This document shows, in pieces, positions 35,941-49,025 of a stretch of 64,000 bases of DNA. The notes beneath the pieces are model-generated. The model saw only the letters and a program-made list of their open reading frames with translations. It did no database searches and was not told the DNA's origin. The stretch lies in NCBI GenBank assembly GCA_013265495.1, contig MU058463.1, positions 1,697,523 to 1,761,522 of the forward strand, written 5' to 3'. Position numbers and translations under genes: made by a program. The DNA is from Vicugna vicugna. Lineage: Eukaryota. How positions within the stretch are numbered: position 1 is the first letter of the stretch; the number at the start of each line of letters is the position of its first letter.

Positions 35941-38699
35941 AAGTTTGACATGAATTCCCTTTTTAGACAACTACAGCATGACCATATCCCGGGAACTTAC
36001 TTGCAAGCAACTGAGACACTACCGGAAGCTTCCCTGCTAAATTACCTCAGGGTCGGATAACAGAGATAAGGTGCGCTTTTAACGGCCGATAGCATGTGGA
36101 GGAGATACAGAGTTCAGTGTTAGGTAGAGGGTAACAGGAAAGAAGTGCATGGTAAAAACTCAAGCAACAGGGCAATTTTGAAGGTGAGATTACTGTTCAC
36201 CCAGTTAATGACGACGGCAATTTATGTAAATCATGCAAACTCACTGGGAAAACAACTAAGAATGTTAATGATGTTCCAGGGTCAATGTCGAGGAAAATGA
36301 TTTGTAGATGATCTAACTTGGGGAGAACAGGCCAATGTCATATTTTCAATATAAATTCTAGCTAAAGTTTGAGATGATAAAATGCCACCAGCACACAGAT
36401 TAAAATCAGACTCAGTCAAGTGAAAGTCTTGTATTTGGTTTTTCTGTCTCTGTGACCTTTGTTATAGCGTGAATGCATCTTCTGTGAGCTGAGTCGAATT
36501 CCCAAGCATCACCTCTAAATGCCACTTTCACAGATCCAGTCCAGGATTTGTTTTATCACTCTTCCCTCCTCCAGCTACAATTTGTGTTTATTCATAAGCA
36601 TGGGTCTCTTAGTTCTGATTGAAATGATTTTTTTTCTAGTGTGGAAAGGAGAAAAATCCGGGCCTGGATCAAGGGTTTGTCTTCATGGGGCCGCTCACTG
36701 GTGTGACTAAATCAGATGAAGCAGCCTCATGCAGACACTTTGACGCAAAGAATTTCAGAGCCACGTCTAATGACAGCATTTACTCTTAATATGGATGGTG
36801 TGAGAACAGAAACGTAATGTTTATTAACAGCCCTTACTAAAACAGCGGCTCAAAGAAAGAGCAAAGGAGAGGAAGACGGGAAGCGCTCAGCAAAGAGCTC
36901 CCATTTTCCTGTGAAATTAATTCACATTATAGGGTGTGCTGCCTTGAATGAATTTCCTTCCTTTTACACTCCCACTTAGCTTTCCTTTAAGTGTCAAATG
37001 AAGCGGGTGGTGGAAAATGCGGTGCACCAGTCATTCTGGCATTCCTTTGCAAATTAGTCAGGCTTTGATAGTACAGGTCGGCTCTCCCAAGCAGGGGGCG
37101 TTCAGCCTTGGGAGCCTGGCAGGAGTTCAAGAGCAGCGCGTTGCTTTGAACTCACTTGTTAGCCGTGCAAAATAAACACCATCCACCTTGCAATAAAAAA
37201 CGCATCAGCAGGAGAAAAAAGAGAACATTCTAAACCCCTCCCTTGAGACTTCAAAACCCTTGCTGAGGCTGCTAAATTAGGACAGGAGAAAGAAGGGCTG
37301 CTTGTGAAAAGAAAGGAGCGGGGGAAGAGCTATCCTACAACAAACACACACAAAAATTACAATCACTGAGAACTAATTATGTTTTCATGATCACAAGCGC
37401 ATTGAGAGTTTGAAAGCTCACGGACGCATCCTGATGCTGCTATAAAATGTTTCCTGGCTAATTATTTGCCAGTACAACTGTTCACTTCCTGTGGTGGATT
37501 TATGCTAAATCCTGTTATTAGTCTTGCTCTGCAATTGCCATTGTCTATGACTAGGAACAAGGCTGAAAGGCTGCGGTTGGCCTTTCATTACACAACATGT
37601 GAATGGAGATTTGACCCAACGTCCGACCACTTCCCCCCTTTGGTGTTTATGTGAGCTCACTGGGCCTTTCCCTATAAATCACTGGGTTCCAATGAACTCT
37701 TACTCTTTTTTCTCTCCTTTCAACTCTACTACTTTGTGTGTGTGTGCGCATGCACACACATACACATTTCAAAAATAAACCAAGCCAATTTCTGTTTTCT
37801 CATTAACAGTAGTTAAAACCTTTTCATCATACACGATTTCTAAAGTTCTTGCTTAAAGAAAATATGGAATCAACTTTTGATGACTTGATTTAGTCCAGTG
37901 GTTGAGATCGAGAGTGGTTAAAAAAAAAAGAAAAAAAATAAGAAAATCATTTATATTTCTGCAAAGATATAATTTTCAATAAATATAATATACAAACTAT
38001 CCTGGTAGCTACAGTAAAAACTAAACACTCTCTATAGACATCCAGCTAAATGTTTTCTAGACTACTTGATATGTTGGGCATTTTAAGCAGATTTGGCAAC
38101 ATCTTCAATGTAATGTTTTTCTTCAGATAAAATTAATATGGACATTGTGAATTATCTAAAAGAAGTCTTCTCACATATAGTTTGTACTATTCCAAAGCTC
38201 TGAAATATAGTATTCTTGACTTGTGGTACTACTATATTCAAGAATTTATTTCTTCTATGTTTAAAAGCTATTCTCACATTTAGAAATCAAACCTTAAAGA
38301 TTCATGATAACTATAGGTTTTTAAGAGCAAAATAGATTATGAGAATGAAAAAATTTAGAATGGTAACAAGGACTGTACTTTTAAGTTATTCACTCCGTTT
38401 TTCAGTTTTTCATGATTGTATACACATCTTTGTTCACTCTTTCTTTAAAATTTTTAAATCAAAATTGCATCCCAAAATAACCCAAATATTTATAGGAATA
38501 ATCCTTGTAGACTTAAACATTTTCTCACAGATCCTTTTCTAACATTCATGTAGGCAGTTGATAGTAAAAACTTTGAAAATCTTGTCTTAATTGAAAATAC
38601 TCTTTGTCCCTGAAATTTTGTTTTTAGGAATCATTCTTGTTAGAAAATTTTGTCCAGAGGCATTTGGTTACATTCTCAAATATTTTCTGTCCAAATGTT

Positions 38700-39125
38700 T
38701 TTTAAATGATAAAGTACTGTAGGCCACCAAAATAGACATCCGTAGGGAGAGTTAAATAAATTATACCATATCCAAACTACTACATAGCCATAAACAAGAG
38801 TGAAAGAAAGAAAAAAAGAAAGAAAGGGGTTGATCTTGCATGGAAGATGGATACATGGTAAGATGTCAATGATCATTTTTGAGTGAAAAGAGTAAGTAGT
38901 AAATAATATGCATAGAATAATGTCATGTAAAAAACACAACTCTATGAGCATTTGCACGCACAGGAGAGTCCCAGCGAGTTACGTACCAGCTCATGAGCAG
39001 GTTGTTCCTGGGGACACAGAAAAGGAGGAGGGGAGACCATTTTCACTATTTGCCTTGTGTAACTTGGTAGTATTTGCTTTTTTTTTTTTTCAAAAGGCAT
39101 TGTTCATTTGCAAATTTCTTTTAAA
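38700..39125 (+). mobile_element. L1ME 3' end
   Basis: gttaaataaattataccatatcc...catggtaagatgtcaatgatcatttttgagtgaaaagag. Confidence 0.6.
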
Positions 39126-39558
39126 TAGTAATTATGATAATTATTATTAATAAATGTGATCTAGGCCCTTGCATCTTTGACATGTGTCTATGGAGGGTGT
39201 CAGCAAATCTTTCATATATTCAATATACTAATTTTGCTGTATGAGAAATCTGTAAGGTGGTGCTTTCTGGGGGCTCATCCTTTCTCTGAGGCAGTCTGTA
39301 GAAACTGGCCAACAATAGCCTAAGTCTTCCTTTGCTCCGTCCTCCCCTCTAATAAAGGTGGAAAAGGGCGCTGAGAACGCTGGCTGCATTCCACAGTAGC
39401 GAATAGCCCTGAGCTACTGTGGGCTGGTGAGTGTCTCCTTCACACTCAGAATGGGGTCTGGAGGAAGTTTGGATAAATAAACATCATCGCCTCACTGCGC
39501 TCCATCACCCTCCATTACGTCCAGAGCTCCTTCCTAGTGCATGTAACCCTCCACCTCT

Positions 39559-39581
39559 ACACACACACACACACACACACA
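39559..39581. repeat. (AC)11 microsatellite
   Basis: Direct reading. Confidence 0.95.
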
Positions 39582-39687
39582 TTTCCCTCCTCTTCCTCTC
39601 TTAAACATGCAGAAATCCCTGATCTGATCCCCGGGTCAAGTGTGTCTGGAGAGAGAGCGCACATCATTGTCTAAAAAGTCTGGGATC

Positions 39688-39915
39688 CTATAGCATGAGT
39701 GGTGGAAAGAACAAGGGCATGGACTCTGGATCCTGGCATTTTCTTCTTTATACAAATTTTACACATTTTCAAACTGAAACTTGCCCACAGCAGGGTTCAA
39801 AGGAATTTGTGTAATAGTAACTCTCATATAGGTTTGTGTGAAAAATAAATGCCTACCACGTTACCCAGCACATGGTGCTCAACAAAGAAAGAAAGTAACA
39901 GATATCAATATTACA
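39688..39915 (+). mobile_element. MIR fragment
   Basis: atagcatgagtggtggaaagaacaagggcatggactctgg...cccagcacatggtgctcaacaaa. Confidence 0.55.
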
Positions 39916-40064
39916 AATGGCAGCTGTCAGTACTATTGCTGCAATATAATTTATACTCATTTCCCTGGGTTCTTAGCAAACAGGTCTGAGGATCTGGAAT
40001 CTTCTTTATTCTGTTTTTGGGGCCAGCTGTATAGATTATGGCTATGTCCGAAGGTTGCAGGTTA

Positions 40065-40919
40065 CAGCAGTCCCCCCTCATCCACAAGGGACACCAAGAC
40101 TCTGTTCTAAGACCCTCAGAGAATACCTGAAACTGGGAGAGCACCAAAATCTACATACACTGTGTTTTTTCTGTATATACAAACTTATGATAAAATTTAA
40201 TTTATAAATTAGCACCATTAAGAGATTAAACACAACTAACAATAAAACAGAACAATTATAATAAACTGTAACAAAAGTTGTATAAATGTAGTCTTTCTCT
40301 CTCTCTCTCTCTCACAATATCTTACTATACAAAGTCAATGCCTTTTCCATCTTAACTAAGCCCTTGTCATGCACTGTGGCTGTAATTTTTGCAGTTTGAG
40401 GTGAGGCAGCAAACCTAGCATGAATTTCTTCTTCCTTCTTCACAATTTTATGAATAGATTTGTTCTTACCATAGATCTCAGCAACTTCGGCATACAATTT
40501 TTTTCTTTCCTTATTAAGTCAAGAACTTTCATTCTTGCACTTGAAGGAGGAACTTCATGGCTTCTCTTTGGCATGTCCAAATGGCCAGCATCACTACTCT
40601 TGCACTTTGGGGCAATTATTAAGTAAAAGAAGGGTTACTTGAACACAAGATCATTGACAGTTGATCTCATAACGGAGACAGATACTAAGTGACTAAAGGA
40701 ATAGGGGGCTAGGGGTGGGGGAGCCAGACAAAGGGGTGAGTCCTGGTGGGACAGAGCAGAGAAGCACAAGAGATCATCATGCTACACAGAACAGCAAGCA
40801 GTTCGAAACGTACTAATGATTGACTTTTGAAACTTCTCATTTAACATTGTCGGGCCGTCTTTGACCTCCAGTAACTGAAACTATGGAAAGTGAAACTGCA
40901 GATGAGGGGAGTACTGCTG
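40065..40919 (-). mobile_element. Tigger7/MER44 DNA transposon deletion derivative with both TIRs and TA TSD
   Basis: TA|CAGCAGTCCCCCCTCATCC...GATGAGGGGAGTACTGCTG|TA; ORF 40312-40497(-) YAEVAEIYGKNKSIHKIVKKEEEI resembles a pogo-type N-terminal DNA-binding region. Confidence 0.9.
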
Positions 40920-41399
40920 TACATCAATTACTATTTATAAGTGACAGGGTCAATATATTCTCTTAGAGTTAATTTTTGTGTAAAGTCACAACCTGAAACC
41001 CACTAACTGAACCAGGTAGCTTCATTCTTAACTCCTTACACTTTGGAAAGATCATAATAACTCTCGAATAAGGTTGGTGGAAAATATCTTCCCTAGAATG
41101 CTTCCTTGATGTTAAAGTATTTCCTTTGGGGACTGAGAATGAGTGGCAGCATGTGAGACCATTAACATCATGGTAGGAGTTAGTTCATGAGATTAGCTGG
41201 ATTTAGGAAGTTGGAAACCAAGGGGAAAAAAGTAGTGGGTTCTCGCTGAAGTCTATCGCTCAGTAGGTGGATTTGTAGAGCACAGAGGAGTAATTGATAG
41301 ACCCAGCTTGGAATCTAAGTCTATGTTAGCCTAATTTCCAACCACATCCTTCTACAGATTTCCCTGTACCTATTTTCATGGTTCCTGAGGCATTAGCAA

Positions 41400-41720
41400 T
41401 TTTTTTTTTTCATTTGGTGCCTTTGCTCATGTGGTCCACTCTATTTCTATTCTGAACCTCTCTTTTCCCTTTCAGTTTCTTAGTTCTTTCTCTTCAAAGA
41501 TTTTGTCCTCTGGATGCATTTCCCTCAGTCTATGCTTTCTGCCCCAAAATTATGTGCTTGCCCATAGCTCCTATCACACTGATGTGTAAATATGTGTTTA
41601 TTCATCCGGTTCCCCTACCAGACTGCAAGCTTCTAGAATACATCCAGTCACTCCTTCATTCATCCATTTGTAAGTATTGTATTCTCATACTTATTAATAA
41701 TGTCTGGAGCATAATTGGCT
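41400..41720 (+). mobile_element. L2 3' region
   Basis: gtgcctttgctcatgtggtcc...cccctaccagactgcaagcttctaga. Confidence 0.6.
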
Positions 41721-41789
41721 TTCAAGTACCTATCTTCTCAATCAAAGCTTGGTCATTATAGGCAGCCAAGCACCGGGCTCAGTGGAACA

Positions 41790-41960
41790 ACAAAAGTAAC
41801 TAATATTTACCAAATGTCTTCTATGGTTAAAAAAATCCATTCACATTTTATTCTTGCAGCAACCCTATTAGGTAGGTATCACTGCTTTTTTTTTTTTTTT
41901 TCACAAGCAAAAGAACTGAGATTAAATTGTGGACTCAAGAAGTCAAGAAGCAAGGAAGTG
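41790..41960 (-). mobile_element. MIR fragment
   Basis: ttcttgcagcaaccctattaggtaggtatcac...gaactgagatt. Confidence 0.6.
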
Positions 41961-41964
41961 TTAT

Positions 41965-43513
41965 AGCTAGATTCCAAAATCTAATTTCTGAGACCATTCA
42001 GTATTTGATGATAATGGTTGAGGGTAATTCTTATTCAGAAAAAATTTAATCTTGGCCCTGAATTTAAAAAAAAAAAATCGCCATTAAAAAAAAATCACAG
42101 CTAAACCATCAAACTACTATGTGGCAGGGCAAGTCAGAATATTTAGCTTCTATTTCTGACAAAAACTCATGGAACTGATGTTGGTTAGCCCACAAGAGTT
42201 AATAAAGTTTGTTGTCTGATACTACTGGTTCAAAACCATATGGTAAATTAATTTGTATGGTATTTTCTGCACAGCCCTGCTGATGAGTAATCATGGGCTT
42301 TAAACACTTTGCATTATCATAAACTTTCTAAGTTTTTCCAACTAAGCCTTTTTCTGCTCTGTTCACATTTTTACTGCTATTTTTTTTAACACACTTTAGC
42401 AGATTCCACTTCAGGTTGTAGTGAATTAATATTTTGTCAACATCTTTGAAAATATTCTTGCCTGTACTTGTTATATTCAGACTGTTCATGGTTGCTAATT
42501 ATTCACTCACTTCAAACTTGGCATTGCCTGCTCGAATAAACAGCAGCTGAGCATCATCTTTAACATCTGTCAATTCATTAAGAACCAGGAAATACTATTT
42601 AAAATCATTCACCTTGTGTTTTTAATTGGCTATTGATGCTACTGTCAATGTCTTCAACTCTTTAACCAGGAATTCTCACCAATAGGCAACTAGTCTTAAG
42701 TAAATTTATTTTCTCTGGACCTGTTTCTTTGGTTATTGTGTCAAACACGACTTAATCACATCACTATCAATAAACAGGTTTCCTTGAATGGCTAACAAAT
42801 GTAACTTTTTTGGTTGCAGCTCAGTTTAACTCATTTCAGTAGAGAAGTTGTGCTAAGAGGAAATATTTTGTTTCAGCTTTTTTAAACACCCTAACTTCTG
42901 ATGTCTCTCCAGTTGGAACTGTTGGGATGAGTGCTTGGTCTAGGAGTGTCGAAGAACATTGTATTCTGTTAGCACATGTTGTCTTTACATGATAAACAGA
43001 ACGCTTTGTCATCCAATTTCATAACAAAATCATCCACACTCAACCATGCTTTGAAAGTGTGACATTCAAAATCCACTTTCTTATTTGCTTGTTTTGACAT
43101 GATGTTACACTGGTAATAAAATTAAAATAAAATTCAGTACAGTGATATGCATGACATTTGAAACACTGTTGAGTTATAACTGTGTCACTGTTATTCATAT
43201 TGTGCTTAGCAGCAGTGTGAAACCAATGAGTTCACCACATGTAGACTCTGTTGCAACTACTCTACTGTACCATTGTAGCATGCAAACATCCAGACAATAC
43301 AGCAATTAATGTGTGTAGCTGTGTCCCAATAAAAGTTCATTTAGAGACATTCAAACTTGACTTTCATGTAATTTTTATCTGTCACGAAATGTTATTCTTT
43401 TTTGGATTTTTAAAATTAATTTGAAACTGTGAAACCCATTCTTGCTTCACAGCCTGTATAAAAACAGGTGGCCAGCTGGATTTGGTCTTCAGGCCATAGT
43501 TTGCCAATCCCCA
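41965..43513 (-). mobile_element. Cheshire/MER58-type hAT-Charlie element with degraded transposase
   Basis: Minus strand from ATG at 43100 reads MSKQANKKVDFECHTFKAW...; LNELTDVKDDAQLLFIR at 42592-42531 resembles hAT DESTD..AQL; MER58-like end ggccatagtttgccaatcccca is followed by the Charlie target gtctagac. Confidence 0.85.
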
Positions 43514-43654
43514 GTCTAGACTAGTGCCTGGTATATAGTAAGAATGCAATCCAAATATTTGTGATTTAATAAATGGTTTGCAAACTATAGTGCGCTTGTG
43601 AATCATATTCACTTATTAAAACAGGAATTCTTGATATTACCCCTCATAATCTGA

Positions 43655-43752
43655 CTTAATGGGTTTGGCAGCCCACAGAGCTGTATTTTTAACAAGTATC
43701 CTTGACCATCTGTTGCTGGCAGTCCTCAGCCCATTTGTTAGAAAAACTGCTG
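43655..43752. mobile_element. MER5B-like fragment
   Basis: ctgtatttttaacaagtatcc...gttagaaaaactgc. Confidence 0.45.
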
Positions 43753-44944
43753 TGTTTCTTAATTTCTTTAAAATTTCTCCGATAATTTTCCTCCTTAACT
43801 GCACTTTAATTACTCCTCAAGACAAAAATTGCAGTGCCTTAAGTTTTTAATGTTGAAAAATCCACCTTAATATTTGAATTATTAATTATTAATATCTGGT
43901 GTATAAATGTTATTGGACTAAATGGGTGTAATTATCAGTGGGTAACAAAAGAAAAAATTTTAAATATCAAGATGTAATGGCAAAGTCTTTCAAACTTAAA
44001 AATTCATCAGACTCCACTGGGCCTGGGCAAGCACTTGCAAAGTTATCACACCCAACTAAGGATTATTTACCAAACTTTATGTATTTACTTCCCACAACTA
44101 TAGGTTTATGAAACGAGGAACCACATCAGATATTGTGAGATGGAAGAGTGAAATCCTATTTGCGAGTCTGTTTGTTTCTTATTTCAAATTATAATTATAA
44201 TGAGCTTTAAAATCTCATTGGATATGATTTGAGAAATTTCTAAAATACCACACAATTTTCTGTGTGTTAGATGGACAATGTCAGAAGGCTTTGTCTCCAA
44301 TAGGCCTTAATTATTACACATTTCATTAAGAAATGGATACTTGCTTGTACAAGTCAGCATATGGAGAATTTAAACAATTCTAAGAGATTGGACTAAATGC
44401 TGAAATTTTATGATTTCATGTGGATTTATTTTTCCTGAATATCTACTTGAGATCCTGAGGTCAAAACCAATGATACAGGTCAAGTAATTTTCAATGACGC
44501 ATATAGAAAAAATAATACTCATTTGTCTAAAAAATATAAAAAAAAAGGTAGAGATTGTGTACCTTGAACCACATATAATATATATTGTATTATATTGAAG
44601 TAAGATTTGAGTAAGTTAGAGAATTAGTGGGAGTCCTAGGAATGATGGTGAATGGTACTTCACAGAAGAAAAGATCATTACATTCAGCTATTCAAAATCA
44701 CCCTAAATTTTCATGCAACCAGTGAAAACAGAAATGTAATAAAGTTTCATCTGTATCTGAACCAGAAAGTAGGTTTTTACATTAATATTGGGTGGTTAGA
44801 ATTAACCTCAGGAATATGTGTTGACAATCGATGGCACCATACAACACAGTCAAGGTGTCTCTCCAGCTTAGTGACTCCTAGAGGAGTTTGACGTAGTTAC
44901 CTGAAGACAGGTCACTTATGAGAGGTCAGCTTGGGTGGTTACAT

Positions 44945-45170
44945 AATTTATTGAGGGTTAATGTATTGACAGAGACTGAGGAGACTATAACTGATGTTCA
45001 CTACAAGACAGACAGAATTATGTCAAACTCTTACAACCTATCAGGCAGATACTACTGTCCCACTTTATAGAAACAGATAGAAAGCTCAGGGAGGTTAGGG
45101 TCCTTGTTCAAGGTCACATATAAAGCCATAGGACTTGGAGCCAAAGGTCCTCTTTCCACTATATGCTATT
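44945..45170 (-). mobile_element. MIR SINE
   Basis: cttacaacctatcaggcagatactactgtcccactttatag...gctcagggaggttagg...ttcaaggtcaca. Confidence 0.75.
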
Positions 45171-45210
45171 AAAATTCTGTTTTCTTGACCTTTACTTTGG
45201 ATTACTTTAT

Positions 45211-45245
45211 CAGTTATTTCAGTTATTCAGTTATTTCAGTTATTT
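45211..45245. repeat. (CAGTTATTT)x4 tandem repeat, one copy lacking a T
   Basis: Direct reading. Confidence 0.9.
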
Positions 45246-45609
45246 CTCCAGATAACAAAGTTTTCATTTTATGACTTTCATGAGTCATTTTGATATAAAA
45301 TGATAAATGAGTCATGCTTTACCCCCTCCCTCCGTAACTTCCCCATCCTCCTCTTCCCTCCCACATGTTCATTAATACATTGCATCCATAAAGGTAAAGT
45401 CGTTTTTAAAAATATGAACTCCTGAGTCACTATGCCAATCAAATATAATAATTATATGTCAAGTAGTGCTTTCTCTTCTTGGTGTTAGTCATAGAATAAG
45501 TTGGTTCTATATGTATCCTTGGCTTATTCATTTTGACTAAATTTATCAGTTTCTTTCGAGATGAGTGTTGTCTTTAGTTTCTATTATTGATATTAATTTC
45601 CTACTTCAG

Positions 45610-46099
45610 TGTGGGAGACAGAATAAAAGTTTCCCCAAGATATCCACATTCTAATCCTTGGAATCTGCAAATATTTTACCTTACATGGTGAAATAGACTT
45701 TGCAGGTGTGATTAAATGAAGGATCTTGAGATGGGGAGACTACCCTGGATTACCAGTTTGGGCCCAGTGTAGTCGAAAGAGTCCCTGTAAGAGGGAAGGA
45801 GAGGGCAAGAGTCAGAGAAGAGATGTGACAGTGGAAGCAGAAGCTGAAGTGATGAACTTTGCAGATGAATGGAAGGGCCATGAGGCTAAGAATGCAGATG
45901 ACCTGGAGAAGCCAGAGAAGCAAGAAAAATGACCCTCTCCCAGAGCCTCAGAGGGACGGTGGCCCTGCCAACACCTTGACTTTGGCCAAGTGAACCCCAT
46001 TACAGATTTCTCACCTCCAGAACTATAAAATAATAAAATAGTGTTTGAAACAACTAATTTCATGGTAGTTTATTACAGCAGCAACAGAAAGCTAATATA
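45610..46099 (+). mobile_element. MLT1D solo LTR, complete, with 5-bp TSD TTCAG
   Basis: ttcag|tgtgggagacagaataa...gactttgcaggtgtgattaa...acagcagcaacagaaagctaatata|ttcag. Confidence 0.92.
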
Positions 46100-46824
46100 T
46101 TCAGATATCCTTGTACAAACAAATTACATTGAGCAATATTTCACTAAGATATTGTAGCAAGTATGTGGTCATCGCTGAAAAAAATGATGTCTTTGTGGTA
46201 ATCACCTGGATAACTTTTCTGAGACATATTTCAAATAGGAAATTTAACAGCATCCAACTTTTCTAACTGCCAGTACTTTGTTGCTAATGAGTGGTTTTTA
46301 ACTCTTTCAGATCATGGATGTCTTCTGCATTACAGTGAAACCAGCCTCTTCAGAGCACTGATATTAGAGATGTAAATTAAATGTTTCCCATGGTGACACA
46401 TTCTTCCCAGGCTGACAAGTACCCATGAACACAACATAAAAACCACAGTGTGCCAACTGTAATGCATGAAATAGTCACACTCCATAAGATAATCTTTGGG
46501 AAATTATCAAGTAAATGCAGTGATTTCAAAATTCAAAAAAAATGTTTAATAATGACATACTGTAAATATAAAACAAACATGTATAATCTCTATGTTAGTA
46601 TGAATATAAAATTTTAAAGAATTGGGGTGACCTCAAACTTTGAATTAAATGGCATCAAATTGTTTACAATTATAAGCAGGTTCTGTTTGATGTTTGAGAA
46701 TTTTGTTTCTCAGAATTGGTTTGGAACCCCTTTGTGTAAATAATTTTTAAAAATTCAGCTTTGAAGCAATGAATTCATATAAATTTGCTATAAAGTCAAA
46801 AAGAAGAAAGCCAATTTGGTACGT

Positions 46825-47000
46825 AGTTAGCAATCGCTGGTATTTATTGAGTGGTGAGTACATTCTAAGCACATGTTAGCACGATGATCACTACTTTTTT
46901 CCAGTTTTACAGAAGGTACAGCAGAAGCAGAGGGAAGTTAGTTGATTCAATCCAGTTTTCACAAGAAATTGTGGTGGAAGTAGGGTTAGTAAAAGGAACG
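46825..47000 (-). mobile_element. MIR fragment
   Basis: tatttattgagtg...ccagttttacagaagg...agagggaagttag. Confidence 0.5.
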
Positions 47001-47099
47001 TCGGTATAGAATGGGTCACCAGCATTTTATGACTACCTATAGTAGGCAATGACTAGATGCTTAAGATACACTTTTTAATTTTTATAAAGACCGTCAAAT

Positions 47100-49025
47100 T
47101 AATACTTGAAAATGTTCAAAAGAAGACTACAAAATGCAAAATGACATGCAGTAAAAATTGTCTTGAGAGTCATACTTTTTCATCTCACTTCTCAGAACTA
47201 TATACTTTCGATTATTTATTTTTGGTTTTTCTAGTGGTCACATACATAAATATAAGTGATAGACCTTTACCACTGTAACTTGTTTCTACAATTTCAGTGT
47301 GAAGATATCTTCCTTTTGCCCCCATCCTTAACTGATAATTGGATGGTACTTTATTCTAGTCTCAAGAAAATTTCCTCGTAGCTCCTGAAAGGGTTGACTC
47401 CCCAAAACTTCTTAGCACTCAGTATAGCTGAGGAAAACTCTAATCCGTCTGCAGTGTGATGCTTCTTGCATTACAGACAAATGTTTTTCCCTTCTCCCTA
47501 GAAATTTTCCATATTTCTTTTTAGCTTTAAAGTGCTGAAAACTTCACAAAGGTAAGTTTTAGATATGGCTTTTTTTTTTTTCCATTCATCTCCTCAAAAC
47601 ACATTGGACTTTTTTCAACCCAAATCTGCATATTCACTACTGGGATATTTTGTTCTAATAAATCTTACAGAATTTCCTCCCACCCATCTTCCATATCTTG
47701 TCTTTTGGGGACTACCATTAATTGAATTTGGGTTTTCTGAAATGATTCTCTGTGTTGCTTTCCTTTTTCCTCAATGTTTTATTTCAGAGTTTTTAAGTTT
47801 GGCAATTATATTTTTAATATCTAAAAACATTTTTTCCCTCCAGCTGTTTTTGTTTTCATGAATTAAGCTTTCAAATATGTTCTTTGAGCATAATCATTAG
47901 AAATGGATTTTTCCCCCCATTCTCTGAATTATTTATATTTATTTTGCTCCTTTAAAAACAAAAACAAAGGGCTAGGCAGTGTTTCATAGCTTTTAAGAAT
48001 GTAGGTTCTGGGAGCCAGACTTCTGGGTTTCAATTTCAGCTCTATTACCTATTAACACTGTGGCTTTGGACAAGTGATTAAATTTTTAATGTGACTGAGT
48101 TTCCTCAGTTGTAAAATAAGGATTGTAATAGTGCCTGCCTCATAGAGATTTTATTCCTAAAAGAATTAAACATATGAAGAATATAAAGACATTAAACGGT
48201 ATCTGTTATATAGTAAGTCCTAATAAATCATAGCCGAACTTATTGGTTCTCTGCATGGGTCTGGTGAGCTTCAGTTTTCTCTTCTTATTGAGAGATGAAG
48301 GCCTACTTGATGATGGGTAGCCAGTGTGGACAGAGGCTAGGTCAGTTTCCACAACGGCTTCTCCCCCAAATGGGAAAACTGCTCAGGTTGCAAATGAGAT
48401 ATTCAGCTAAACTGACAGACTTCCCTTTTCTACAGTGCAGGGTGCAGGAGAAAAGCCAGGGGTTCACTGGGCCCTCAGAGGCCAGAGTGAGGGGTGTTAC
48501 CCTCTGCATCCACAAAGGCAGTCTGAGCTTTAAACGGGAAGCTTGCTCACTGTTTTTCTGGATAAAGCCCCACACTGCTTAGCCAGGAGGTAAACGCTGG
48601 GCTGCAATTCCAGCTTTGCTGCCTGCAGTGAGCCGAGGGAGTGGGGTTGGAGAGGTGCAAGGGATTGTAGGCAGAAGGAAGTTCTTTTAATCCCCCTGTT
48701 TTAGCTTCATTCTTCACTCCTACACGCTGTGCTGTCAACTCGGAGCCCACAGCGCCACTGCCAAGAAGACTGGGTCTACCAAGCTCCATCCCAGCCACTG
48801 TCTGGGACATGGATCCCCCTTTGTTTCTCTGGTCCTTCTGGTCAGCAGCTTTCAGCTGCTCCTATCTTCCCGGAATTTGTTGAAATCTCTTATCTGCTGA
48901 TGACTACACCCACTCCCTGCCTTTCCTTAATTGTTTGCAGTTTACTGCCTTTTCTACTTCCTCAGGGTCTTTTCAGTGGGTTTGGGGTCAAGGGTCTTGA
49001 CTCATGAGCCACTCTGTGCCTAGAA
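47100..49025 (-). mobile_element. HAL1/L1ME-type ancient LINE 5'/ORF1 region, interrupted by MIR
   Basis: T-rich antisense ORF1-like sequence (ctgaaaacttcacaaagg; ggcaattatatttttaatatctaaaaac); 5'-end-like ggaatttgttgaaatctcttatctgctgatg. Confidence 0.5.
47975..48240 (+). mobile_element. MIR SINE, full length
   Basis: ttaagaatgtaggttctgggagccagacttctgggtttcaa...ctttggacaagtgatt...agtttcctcagttgtaaaataaggattgtaatagtgcctgcctcatag. Confidence 0.9.

Noticed and set aside
44330..44500. Possible CR1/L3 remnant
   Set aside because: Similarity too weak to call by eye.
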